Made by a program: the position numbers and the translations under genes | Notes under the pieces: generated by a model | Told to the model about the DNA's origin: nothing | The model's input: the letters and a program-made list of their open reading frames with translations, nothing else | Database searches by the model: none | Shown here: one piece after another, positions 1 through 12,400 of the stretch | Numbering within the stretch: the first letter of the stretch is position 1 | Layout: every line of letters begins with the position of its first letter | Assembly: GCF_023055435.1 (NCBI RefSeq) | Contig: NW_025963779.1 | Coordinates: 70,308,001-70,372,000 of the forward strand | Direction of reading: 5' to 3' | Length of the DNA: 64,000 nucleotides | Source: Haliotis rufescens | Taxonomy: Eukaryota

Positions 1-352
1 ACAGTTCAATCAGTTGATACGCCTCTATACATGATGCATTGACAGTTCAATCAGTTGATACGCCTCTATACATGATGCGTAGACAGTTCAGTCAGTTGAT
101 TCGCCTCTATACATGATGCGTAGAGAGTTCAATCAGTTGATACGCCTCTATACATGATGCGTAGACAGTTCAATCAATTGATACACCCCTATATATGATG
201 CATCGACAGTTCAATTAATCGATACACCTCTATATATGATGCATTGGCAGTTCAATCAATTGATACACCTCTATATTTAATGCATTGACAGTTCAATCAA
301 TTGATACACCTCTATATTTAATGCATTGACATTTCAATCAGTTGATACACTG
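1..352. repeat. 41-bp minisatellite (about 8.5 copies visible, truncated by window edge)
   Basis: Unit gacagttcaatcagttgatacgcctctatacatgatgcatt recurs at 41, 82, 123, 164, 205, 246, 287 and 328. Confidence 0.9.
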
Positions 353-422
353 TACATACTTTCAAAGGAATCGATAAATTTGATGATGCATTTGCCAAAT
401 CTAAACAAACAAAATGACTCAC

Positions 423-485
423 CTGCAATTCTCTCAGAATTGTGGATATGTTTGTCTCAGTTGCCAAACTGGTCAAAATCTCCAA
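423..485 (-). CDS. AP3B2: AP3B exon 12 ([21 protein letters not shown])
   Basis: aaccag| and |gtgagt. Confidence 0.92.
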
Positions 486-3400
486 CTGGTTAAAACAAAA
501 AACAAATCTTAGTGAACAGGATGAATTAACAAAAAAGGCTGTCCATAAGCCAGCATTATACAATCTATTTTAGTGCAATCAACATTATTCTGGAATGGTC
601 GTCACAGTCCTAAACATTTACGACCCCATGGGGATTCTGGGTAAGAATATACAGTAGGTCACCAGCAACCCATGTTGTCAGGCTCTTGGTTGAAAGTCTG
701 TCATCATACTCCGAGAGGGTCGATCATTGCTCACAATATCAATCACTGGATGGTCTGGTCCAGACTCAATTAGTTACAGGCTGCGGTCACATAACTGGAA
801 CACAACTTACAAACCGGAACAATTGTGCACAGATCAGCAGTCACTGATGAAGCCATGGAGTTATCTATTCTAATAAGGAGCATGTATGACTCGGTCATGT
901 AAAGTGCCGCAGTTTGCTGTGAAGAGTTATGTCTTATAGGCATACCAGGATCCTATGGTCTTGGGTTCTTATCCCAGATGCACCCTTTTATATGCATTGG
1001 TTTGTCAGCACTATGCCCATGATTCACCAAAGACCTACATCACTTCAAGATTTCCTCCCGCTTTCAACGATCAAGGTGTGTCATAACTAAAATACTCTTT
1101 AAATGGGTGTCAAACCAAACCAAACTCACTCACTCACTCACTGCATTAATTTCCTGAATTTTTACTGTTCCTTACCTTTAGAAGTTTGACGTGAAGAGGG
1201 TCACTGGATCGCACATAGAAGCTCTTGAGGTAAGGTTCAAACATTCCCTGGTGATATCAATAGTAAAATATATAACCCCAGTACACAATGTAATGATATG
1301 CTTAATAAACAGCCAGGCAAAAGGAAGCATACACTTGAGAATTGGATTGACCCCAAAATTACAAAAGTTATCAAAATGTTACAAGGCTGAAAACAATCGC
1401 TGAAACACTGGAAACCATAAGATCCAAAAATAACTTTGATGCCCACATCAATACATCACTGTTGAATAACCATTTCTTGTTGGTTTCATTTTTACCCGCC
1501 ACTAAACATGGGTCTATAGTTTCTTTTTCCGAGCAGTTTATATTAACCAATATTCAAAGATCAATCTTTCAAGTCTATAAAAGCCATTAGAAGTTATACA
1601 CAAAAGGAAGAGAATTTATGGATGTCAACTTCTTTATTATGAGGAACACAACATTTCGGCGTATCTACTTACTCCTTCATCAGGAACAGATAATTCACCT
1701 GATGAAGGAGTAAGTAGATACTCAGAAATATTGTGTTTCACATAATAAAGAAGTAGCCATCCATAAATTCTCTTCCTCATCAATCTTTTAGTTGTGTCTA
1801 TCAGAAAGATGATAGTAATGTTAAACAGAACTTATTTATTGAATATCACTCGTGATACAACAATTTAAGGTACAGCAATTGTGGACAAGCATATTCCTTG
1901 GCCAGATCAGGATCCGCAACAATAGTCCTTGCCAAACTGCGCAATAGCTAAGATATCATAAGGACTAGTACAAAATTTGCCCTTTTTAAGGGTTTTGCTA
2001 TATGTTATCATTATAAGGAGTTTTGCTAAATGTTATCATTATAAGGAGTTTTGCCATATGTTATTATTATAAGGTTTTGCTATACGTTGTCATTATAAGT
2101 AGTTTTGCCATATGTTATCATAAGGAGTTTTGCCATATGTTATCATTATAAGGAGTTTTGCCAAATGTTATCATGAAAAGGAGTTTTGAACACGTGACAA
2201 AACAATTTACCTTCACCAATTTTACCCTTTTACATGGTAACATACATAATACCCACACACCAACTGAACTAAGTAATCGTTACAAAGTTTAGATATCCTT
2301 CTTGTGAGTTGAAATTCCTATTAGTTCGCCTAATTAGTTAGCAATATGTGAGCAAGTAATTTGACCTGATCATGCGGATTAATAAAAGAAAAACATTCAC
2401 AATCTTAATATTCTCTTCAAACAGCAACATATGCAACACCACAATGACATTACCGACTGCTTGTATTATTTTATACTATGTTTTGATATTTCCTGGAGAA
2501 AGCAGCACACTGCCCTATAATCCCATACTTCTTCAACTGACCTTTCTCTTGATTGTCATTGTAGCAATGTTGCTAAGTACAACATACTGGATTTCTCTGA
2601 AACAAATCAATAATGTTAACTGACATTTTGTAGTCATACATATTCAGAAAACATTCAAAAACACAAAATATATAGAATGTTTATTCAAGGTTGTGTAGGA
2701 GAAGCTATTCTATTTCAATCAATTGTCGTTGTGTAAAAGCCCTGAGTGGCAAACGTTCTGAGTGGCTGAATTGTCAGTCACATGATCACAAACAATGGCC
2801 AACTGTAGATCAAAAACCAACAAACATAAATATAATAAACAAAAATATTTGAGTTTCACAAACGACACCATACCCTCAATTTGAACATAAGTCCAACTTG
2901 TAAACATATACAAAATTCCCACATAGCAAAAGGCACCTGATCATGACTAGAGTGATCTCTGTTCAAAGTCTGATCAAGAAATATTTAATGGTCTTAGGGT
3001 AATGCTGTGGGAACAAAACGTGATGACTGACAGATTGACAGCAACCATTCCATTTCCCCCTCCCACCTCATGGCTGGGGGTAATAATATTATCACCAAGT
3101 AAGATTCACTTGTTCTTGGTGATGATGTATATAAAAGTGCAAAATACAGAACATTAGGTCTCATGGGATTCTTATTACCAATTCAGTTCTTATTAAGAAT
3201 AGTAGTTGAATAAAAACATCAGTATGTTTGTTTTACTTACTTGTGACTTCTGAGAAGCCTGATTAGAGCTTTGGCCACGACGCCTACTTCTGCCTTCGGA
3301 GCACAGTGGTGGTACAGCTGGGCAACTGACATTACAACCTGAAGAGGAGATAACACATAATATACACAGTGCTGATACAGCTGGGCAACTGACATTACAA

Positions 3401-6400
3401 CCTGAAGAGGAGATAACACATAATATACACAGTGCTGATACAGCTGGGCAACTGACATTACAACCTGAAGAGGAGATAACACATAATATACACAGTGCTG
3501 ATACAGCTGGGCAACTGACATTACAACCTGAAGAGGAGATAACACATAATATACACAGTGCTGATACAGCTGGGCAACTGACATTACAACCTGAAGAGGA
3601 GATAACACATAATATACACAGTGCTGATACAGCTGGGCAACTGACATTACAAACTGAAGAGGAGATAACACATAATATACACAGTGCTGATACAGCTGGG
3701 CAACTGACATTACAACCTGAAGAGGAGATAACACATAATATACACAGTGCTGATACAGCTGGGCAACTGACATTACAACCTGAAGAGGAGATAACACATA
3801 ATATACACAGTGCTGATACAGCTGGGCAACTGACATTACAACCTGATCAAGAGATAACACATAATATACACAGTGCTGATACAGCTGGGCAACTGACATT
3901 ACAACCTGAAGAGGAGATAACACATAAAATACACAGTGCTGATACAGCTGGGCAACTGACATTACAACCTGATCAAGAGATAACACATAATATACACAGT
4001 GCTGATACAGCTGGGCAACTGACATTACAACCTGATCAAGAGATAACACATAATATACACAGTGCTGATACAGCTGGGCAACTGACATTACAACCTGAAG
4101 AGGAGATAACACATAATATACACAGTGCTGATACAGCTGGGCAACTGACATTACAACCTGATCAAGAGATAACACATAATATACACAGTGCTGATACAGC
4201 TGGGCAACTGACATTACAACCTGAAGAGGAGATAACACATAATATACACAGTGCTGATACAGCTGGGCAACTGACATTACAACCTGATCAAGAGATAACA
4301 CATAATATACACAGTGCTGATACAGCTGGGCAACTGACATTACAACCTGAAGAGGAGATAACACATAATATACACAGTGCTGATACAGCTGGGCAACTGA
4401 CATTACAACCTGAAGAGGAGATAACACATAATATACACAGTGCTGATACAGCTGGGCAACTGACATTACAACCTGAAGAGGAGATAACACATAATATACA
4501 CAGTGCTGATACAGCTGGGCAACTGACATTACAACCTGATCAAGAGATAACACATAATATACACAGTGCTGATACAGCTGGGCAACTGACATTACAACCT
4601 GAAGAGGAGATAACACATAATATACACAGTGCTGATACAGCTGGGCAACTGACATTACAACCTGAAGAGGAGATAACACATAATATACACAGTGCTGATA
4701 CAGCTGGGCAACTGACATTACAACCTGAAGAGGAGATAACACATAATATACACAGTGCTGATACAGCTGGGCAACTGACATTACAAACTGAAGAGGAGAT
4801 AACACATAATATACACAGTGCTGATACAGCTGGGCAACTGACATTACAACCTGAAGAGGAGATAACACATAATATACACAGTGCTGATACAGCTGGGCAA
4901 CTGACATTACAACCTGAAGAGGAGATAACACATAATATACACAGTGCTGATACAGCTGGGCAACTGACATTACAACCTGATCAAGAGATAACACATAATA
5001 TACACAGTGCTGATACAGCTGGGCAACTGACATTACAACCTGAAGAGGAGATAACACATAAAATACACAGTGCTGATACAGCTGGGCAACTGACATTACA
5101 ACCTGATCAAGAGATAACACATAATATACACAGTGCTGATACAGCTGGGCAACTGACATTACAACCTGATCAAGAGATAACACATAATATACACAGTGCT
5201 GATACAGCTGGGCAACTGACATTACAACCTGAAGAGGAGATAACACATAATATACACAGTGCTGATACAGCTGGGCAACTGACATTACAACCTGATCAAG
5301 AGATAACACATAATATACACAGTGCTGATACAGCTGGGCAACTGACATTACAACCTGAAGAGGAGATAACACATAATATACACAGTGCTGATACAGCTGG
5401 GCAACTGACATTACAACCTGATCAAGAGATAACACATAATATACACAGTGCTGATACAGCTGGGCAACTGACATTACAACCTGAAGAGGAGATAACACAT
5501 AATATACCGGTACACAGTGCTGATACAGCTGGGCAACTGACATTACAACCTGAAGAGGAGATAACACATAATATACACAGTGCTGATACAGCTGGGCAAC
5601 TGACATTACAACCTGAAGAGGAGATAACACATAATATACACAGTGCTGATACAGCTGGGCAACTGACATTACAACCTGATCAAGAGATAACACATAATAT
5701 ACACAGTGCTGATACAGCTGGGCAACTGACATTACAACCTGAAGAGGAGATAACACATAATATACACAGTGCTGATACAGCTGGGCAACTGACATTACAA
5801 CCTGATCAAGAGATAACACATAATATACACAGTGCTGATACAGCTGGGCAACTGACATTACAACCTGAAGAGGAGATAACACATAATATACCGGTACACA
5901 GTGCTGATACAGCTGGGCAACTGACATTACAACCTGAAGAGGAGATAACACATAATATACACAGTGCTGATACAGCTGGGCAACTGACATTACAACCTGA
6001 AGAGGAGATAACACATAATATACACAGTGCTGATACAGCTGGGCAACTGACATTACAACCTGATCAAGAGATAACACATAATATACACAGTGCTGATACA
6101 GCTGGGCAACTGACATTACAACCTGATCAAGAGATAACACATAATATACACAGTGCTGATACAGCTGGGCAACTGACATTACAACCTGAAGAGGAGATAA
6201 CACATAATATACACAGTGCTGATACAGCTGGGCAACTGACATTACAACCTGATCAAGAGATAACACATAATATACACAGTGCTGATACAGCTGGGCAACT
6301 GACATTACAACCTGATCAAGAGATAACACATAATATACACAGTGCTGATACAGCTGGGCAACTGACATTACAACCTGAAGAGGAGATAACACATAATATA

Positions 6401-9400
6401 CACAGTGCTGATACAGCTGGGCAACTGACATTACCACCTGAAGAGGAGATAACACATAATATACACAGTGCTGATACAGCTGGGCAACTGACATTACAAC
6501 CTGAAGAGGAGATAACACATAATATACACAGTGCTGATACAGCTGGGCAACTGACATTACAACCTGAAGAGGAGATAACACATAATATACACAGTGCTGA
6601 TACAGCTGGGCAACTGACATTACAACCTGAAGAGGAGATAACACATAATATACACAGTGCTGATACAGCTGGGCAACTGACATTACAACCTGAAGAGGAG
6701 ATAACACATAATATACACAGTGCTGATACAGCTGGGCAACTGACATTACAACCTGATCAAGAGATAACACATAATATACACAGTGCTGATACAGCTGGGC
6801 AACTGACATTACAACCTGATCAAGAGATAACACATAATATACACAGTGCTGATACAGCTGGGCAACTGACATTACAACCTGAAGAGGAGATAACACATAA
6901 TATACACAGTGCTGATACAGCTGGGCAACTGACATTACAACCTGATCAAGAGATAACACATAATATACACAGTGCTGATACAGCTGGGCAACTGACATTA
7001 CAACCTGATCAAGAGATAACACATAATATACACAGTGCTGATACAGCTGGGCAACTGACATTACAACCTGAAGAGGAGATAACACATAATATACACAGTG
7101 CTGATACAGCTGGGCAACTGACATTACAACCTGATCAAGAGATAACACATAATATACACAGTGCTGATACAGCTGGGCAACTGACATTACAACCTGATCA
7201 AGAGATAACACATAATATACACAGTGCTGATACAGCTGGGCAACTGACATTACAACCTGAAGAGGAGATAACACATAATATACACAGTGCTGATACAGCT
7301 GGGCAACTGACATTACAACCTGATCAAGAGATAACACATAATATACACAGTGCTGATACAGCTGGGCAACTGACATTACAACCTGAAGAGGAGATAACAC
7401 ATAATATACACAGTGCTGATACAGCTGGGCAACTGACATTACAACCTGATCAAGAGATAACACATAATATACACAGTGCTGATACAGCTGGGCAACTGAC
7501 ATTACAACCTGATCAAGAGATAACACATAATATACACAGTGCTGATACAGCTGGGCAACTGACATTACAACCTGAAGAGGAGATAACACATAATATACAC
7601 AGTGCTGATACAGCTGGGCAACTGACATTACCACCTGAAGGGGAGATAACACATAATATACACAGTGCTGATACAGCTGGGCAACTGACATTACAACCTG
7701 ATCAAGAGATAACACATAATATACACAGTGCTGATACAGCTGGGCAACTGACATTACAACCTGAAGAGGAGATAACACATAATATACACAGTGCTGATAC
7801 AGCTGGGCAACTGACATTACAACCTGATCAAGAGATAACACATAATATACACAGTGCTGATACAGCTGGGCAACTGACATTACAACCTGAAGAGGAGATA
7901 ACACATAATATACACAGTGCTGATACAGCTGGGCAACTGACATTACCACCTGAAGAGGAGATAACACATAATATACACAGTGCTGATACAGCTGGGCAAC
8001 TGACATTACAACCTGAAGAGGAGATAACACATAATATACACAGTGCTGATACAGCTGGGCAACTGACATTACCACCTGAAGAGGAGATAACACATAATAT
8101 ACACAGTGCTGATACAGCTGGGCAACTGACATTACGACCTGATGAGGAGATAACACATAATATACACAGTGCTGATACAGCTGGGCAACTGACATTACAA
8201 CCTGAAGAGGAGATAACACATAATATACACAGTGCTGATACAGCTGGGCAACTGACATTACAACCTGAAGAGGAGATAACACATAATATACACAGTGCTG
8301 ATACAGCTGGGCAACTGACATTACAACCTGAAGAGTAGATAACACATAATATACACAGTGCTGATACAGCTGGGCAACTGACATTACAACCTGATCAAGA
8401 GATAACACATATTCTACCATAAATTTGAAACAGCGAATTTTACGACTTTTTCAGTCATAGTCAGAAGGTATTTTAAAATAATATGTACATTTGTTTGTTA
8501 CAAAATACAGAACATTGGTTACTACAGTTTTAAAAGTATGTCTGACAAATAACTTTCCGAAAACATAGAAAATATATTTCAAGTTTTTGGAACAGAGAGT
8601 TCCAGATTTGTCGCTTTGCACTCTGTTCAAAATAAGAGGTATCTAACCTATATTGAGACTACCTTCAATTTCACAATTGAGCAGATGTATCAGTGTTCGA
8701 AATAAGCGCCTGCCTGTAGGCTGGAGGCAGGTGGATCTTGTTTCAAAAGTTTCAAATTTGTATGGGTCCTTATGGCCTGCAGTAAATTCATGAGTTTATT
8801 TATTTGTCACAATGATCTGCTTTTTTTCAAAGAGGACCTGGAGAGTTTAGTCAGGGCCTGCAACTACTGAAGTCTGTGGGTCCTGATGGCAGTCATTTTT
8901 TTAATTTTAGACCCTGAGGTGTACCTCCTAAATAAAACATACAGACGATAAAAACAGATTTAAAAAATTATCAGTCCTCACTGATCTGAGATAATCCACA
9001 GTCATATATATATTTCTAAATTAAATATAATACAATGTAATTAATGGCTCTTGATTCTTGATCGACTTATTTCATGGTACTACATACAATTGCTGAGACA
9101 CTTACTGCTGCATTTCGGCTATTAAGCAATGGTTTAGCTTGCCGCAGGAGAAGCCTGTGATCAGAGTCCATCACATAGGGCTTCTTCTTTGGTTCAGATT
9201 CCTTTGTCTCATCCTCTTCCTCCGATGATTTGTCGGAGTCTTCATAGAACGGTTTGTCTATGTCATCAATACTGTCCTGGAAAGTGACAAACTCAGGTGC
9301 TGTTATCAACTAAAATAGTTTATCACTCAGGTCTAACTGGCATATTCCGATGCCTGCATAAAAGCTTAAAATGTTAAAGTTATTATTCTAACATCACAGT

Positions 9401-12400
9401 AAAAAAAATAGTTCAATTAAAACCAACTGTTTAACCAATTATGTATGTATCTTCTAATCAACTTGTGATGGTAATTTTTATTGGCAAATATAACATCATG
9501 AATAGACATGAGCAAAAACATGGCACTTCAGGCCTGGTTACTTAAAAAAGTCCTCATCAAAGTTGGAATAAAGGAATCAAAGCTGCATGACACCACTCAC
9601 ACTATCCAAGCTGTGAATTAACAAGCTTGAGGCGAGAGTGGCACTTTGTTTTCGTCAAGTGGACAGTCTAAATAGTGATTGCTGCTATGCCTAAGGTACA
9701 TGTACACTGTACATAATTTGTTACAGTTATCGTTAATCATTGCCGGTATTTCCAAAGACTGAATCCTCCCCAAACCAACTCTTTATACTGAATTAAGGTC
9801 TACAAAGTCAGTGGTAGAAAACCAGCCACCACGTTACGTCAGACTTACATACCCGGTAGTTAATATGGACGGAGGTATTCATGTAAAGAAAATGAGACAT
9901 GTTCCAATATTTATTAAAACAAAACAGTCTGTCAGACTTAGTCTGGTTTGGGTTGATGAATTGTGTTCGACAGTATGCGGTCAGCAAGTGACAACATGTG
10001 ACAAGCTTCAATATTTATTACATCCAGACATTCTGTTTGACTTACAGTCTGGTTTGGATTGAGGAACTTTGTTCGACAGTATGCGGTCAGTAAGTTGACA
10101 ATATGTGACAAGCTTCAATATTTATTACATCCAGACATTCTGTTTGACCTACAGTCTGGTTTGGATTGAGGAACTTTGTTCGACAGTATGTGGTCAGTAA
10201 GTTGACAATATGTGACAAGCTTCAATATTTATTACATCCAGACATTCTGTTTGACCTACAGTCTGGTTTGGATTGAGGAACTTTGTTCGACAGTATGCGG
10301 TCAGCAAGTTGACAATATGTGACAAGCTTCAATATTTATTACATCCAGACATTCTGTTTGACCTACAGTCTGGTTTGGATTGAGGAACTTTGTTCGACAG
10401 TATCTGGTCAGTAAGTTGACAATATGTGACAAGCTTCAATATTTATTACACCTAGACATTCTGTTTGACCTACAGTCTGGTTTGGATTGAGGAACTTTGT
10501 TCGACAGTATGTGGTCAGTAAGTTGACAATATGTGACAAGCTTCAATATTTATTACATCCAGACATTCTGTTTGACTTACAGTCTGGTTTGGGTTCAGGA
10601 ACTGTGTTCGACAGTATCTGGTCAGCATATTGATAATGACCACCTGCCCCCATTCCTCAACGTCCACTAGGAGGTTACACATCTTGCGGTAGTTCTTGTG
10701 GATCAGGTCAATACGCTCAGGGCACACTTCTTCAAATGCTTGGATGGCACTCCCCGCCACCAACTGCACAGACGAAATACATTTGTAAACAACATCAAAG
10801 TGGACAACCACAATTCCATCCATCCAGAATTTCGAAGAAAAAAACCATCTACAAAAGTTACTTCATTTACATATTATACATGCCATGTTGGACAAGTACA
10901 GAAGACTTGCAGAGTTGTGTCCCTTATCTGCCAAGATCATCTGGTTGGTTTGAATCCTAGATTCACCAAACAAATGATGATCCTTGGTACATCAGCACCA
11001 TACCTGTGCTGGTGGGTTTCATCAAAGTAAACATCTACAACCTAACTCAATATGTCACCGCCAGAAAAATATCAGTCTTGATTATTTTTCCCCAGGGGGT
11101 AAAAGGCAAAGTTGTCATGAAAATTATATGAAAATCAGTTATGACACAGAGCGTTCGCAAAAAGGGTAACCAAGTCATGGCAGGCATTCCTCCCACATGC
11201 AACAAACACGCCACAGTATCACTGAAGCACAATTGAAACTTGCACAGAACCATCTTGCCATGTATCTTTTATGGCAGATAATGTAGTTAAGCAACAGTAG
11301 ACCACACAATTAACTCACAGTTGTCTTATCCCCAAGAAGCTTCTCTATGACTTCTATCAGCTGTTCCTTGGTCTCAGGGTCAAGGCTGAAACCAAAAGAG
11401 CAAATGATGAAAAGGTTCCTATTTTGTCCATATGTACATTCTCTCATACGAAATGGAAACATGAAACACATATCCAGTCTGTGACTGTAGCCATAAGTCC
11501 AAAGCCTGAGTCTAGTAATATTTTATTTGGTCTAGTAATCTTACTTAATAATTCTACTGAAACATGTTGAAAGCCATGTCCTGGCTAGTTGTCTCAAATG
11601 TTTTTAGCACAGACTGCATTTGAATACAATGAGCACTTACACATACACACGAATGAATACAATTGAACAACCTTAAAAGATGGCTGAAAAAAAGCATAAA
11701 TGATACAAAAGCACCAATTTCCTCAGAGAAATTGTTGGTATTACAATGACTGATTTAACTCTCAATCATTGCAATCTATCAAGCAGAGTTGAACTAAGTA
11801 GACAAGCATAGGTTATCAGTAGTCAAGGGAAATAACTCATGCCAACTGTTGAGACAGTGAACGTTCGAATCAATATTTTAATACCCTGGTATTTAAAATT
11901 TGTAGGCCTCAAATAGCAGTATTTTATCCTAACAGGAATAGCATGGATATATCTGTGTTTGGCATGACACTGATGCTGACATCAGCTGACCAGTATATAT
12001 ATGTCATCATTAAGTAACCTGATTCAGATATGTAGAAATGGATCTTACTACACACCGAGTTCACAACACTGTCTGCCTTCCTGTACAGCTAGGGTAGAGC
12101 ATGAGCTGCTGTCTACCTGTATAGGTTGGGTATACCATCAGCTGCTGCCTACCTGTATAGGTTGGGTATACCATGAGCTGCTACCTACCTGTACAGCTTG
12201 GGTATACCATGAGCTGTTGCCTACCTGTACAGCTTGGGTAAAGCATGAGCTGTTGCCTACCTGTACAGCTTGGGTACAGCATGAGCTGCTGCCTACCTGT
12301 ACAGCTTGGGTATACCATGAGCTGTTGCCTACCTGTATAGCTTGGGTAAAGCATGAGCTGCTGTCTTCCTGTATAGCTTGGGTACAGCATGAGCTGTTGC

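Noticed and set aside
3237-8420. 1727-aa ORF as a stand-alone repeat protein gene
   Set aside because: It is the AP3B intron 8 array read in the frame of exon 9. It ends at the exon 9 donor (AA|gtaa creates the stop), and no independent promoter evidence is visible.
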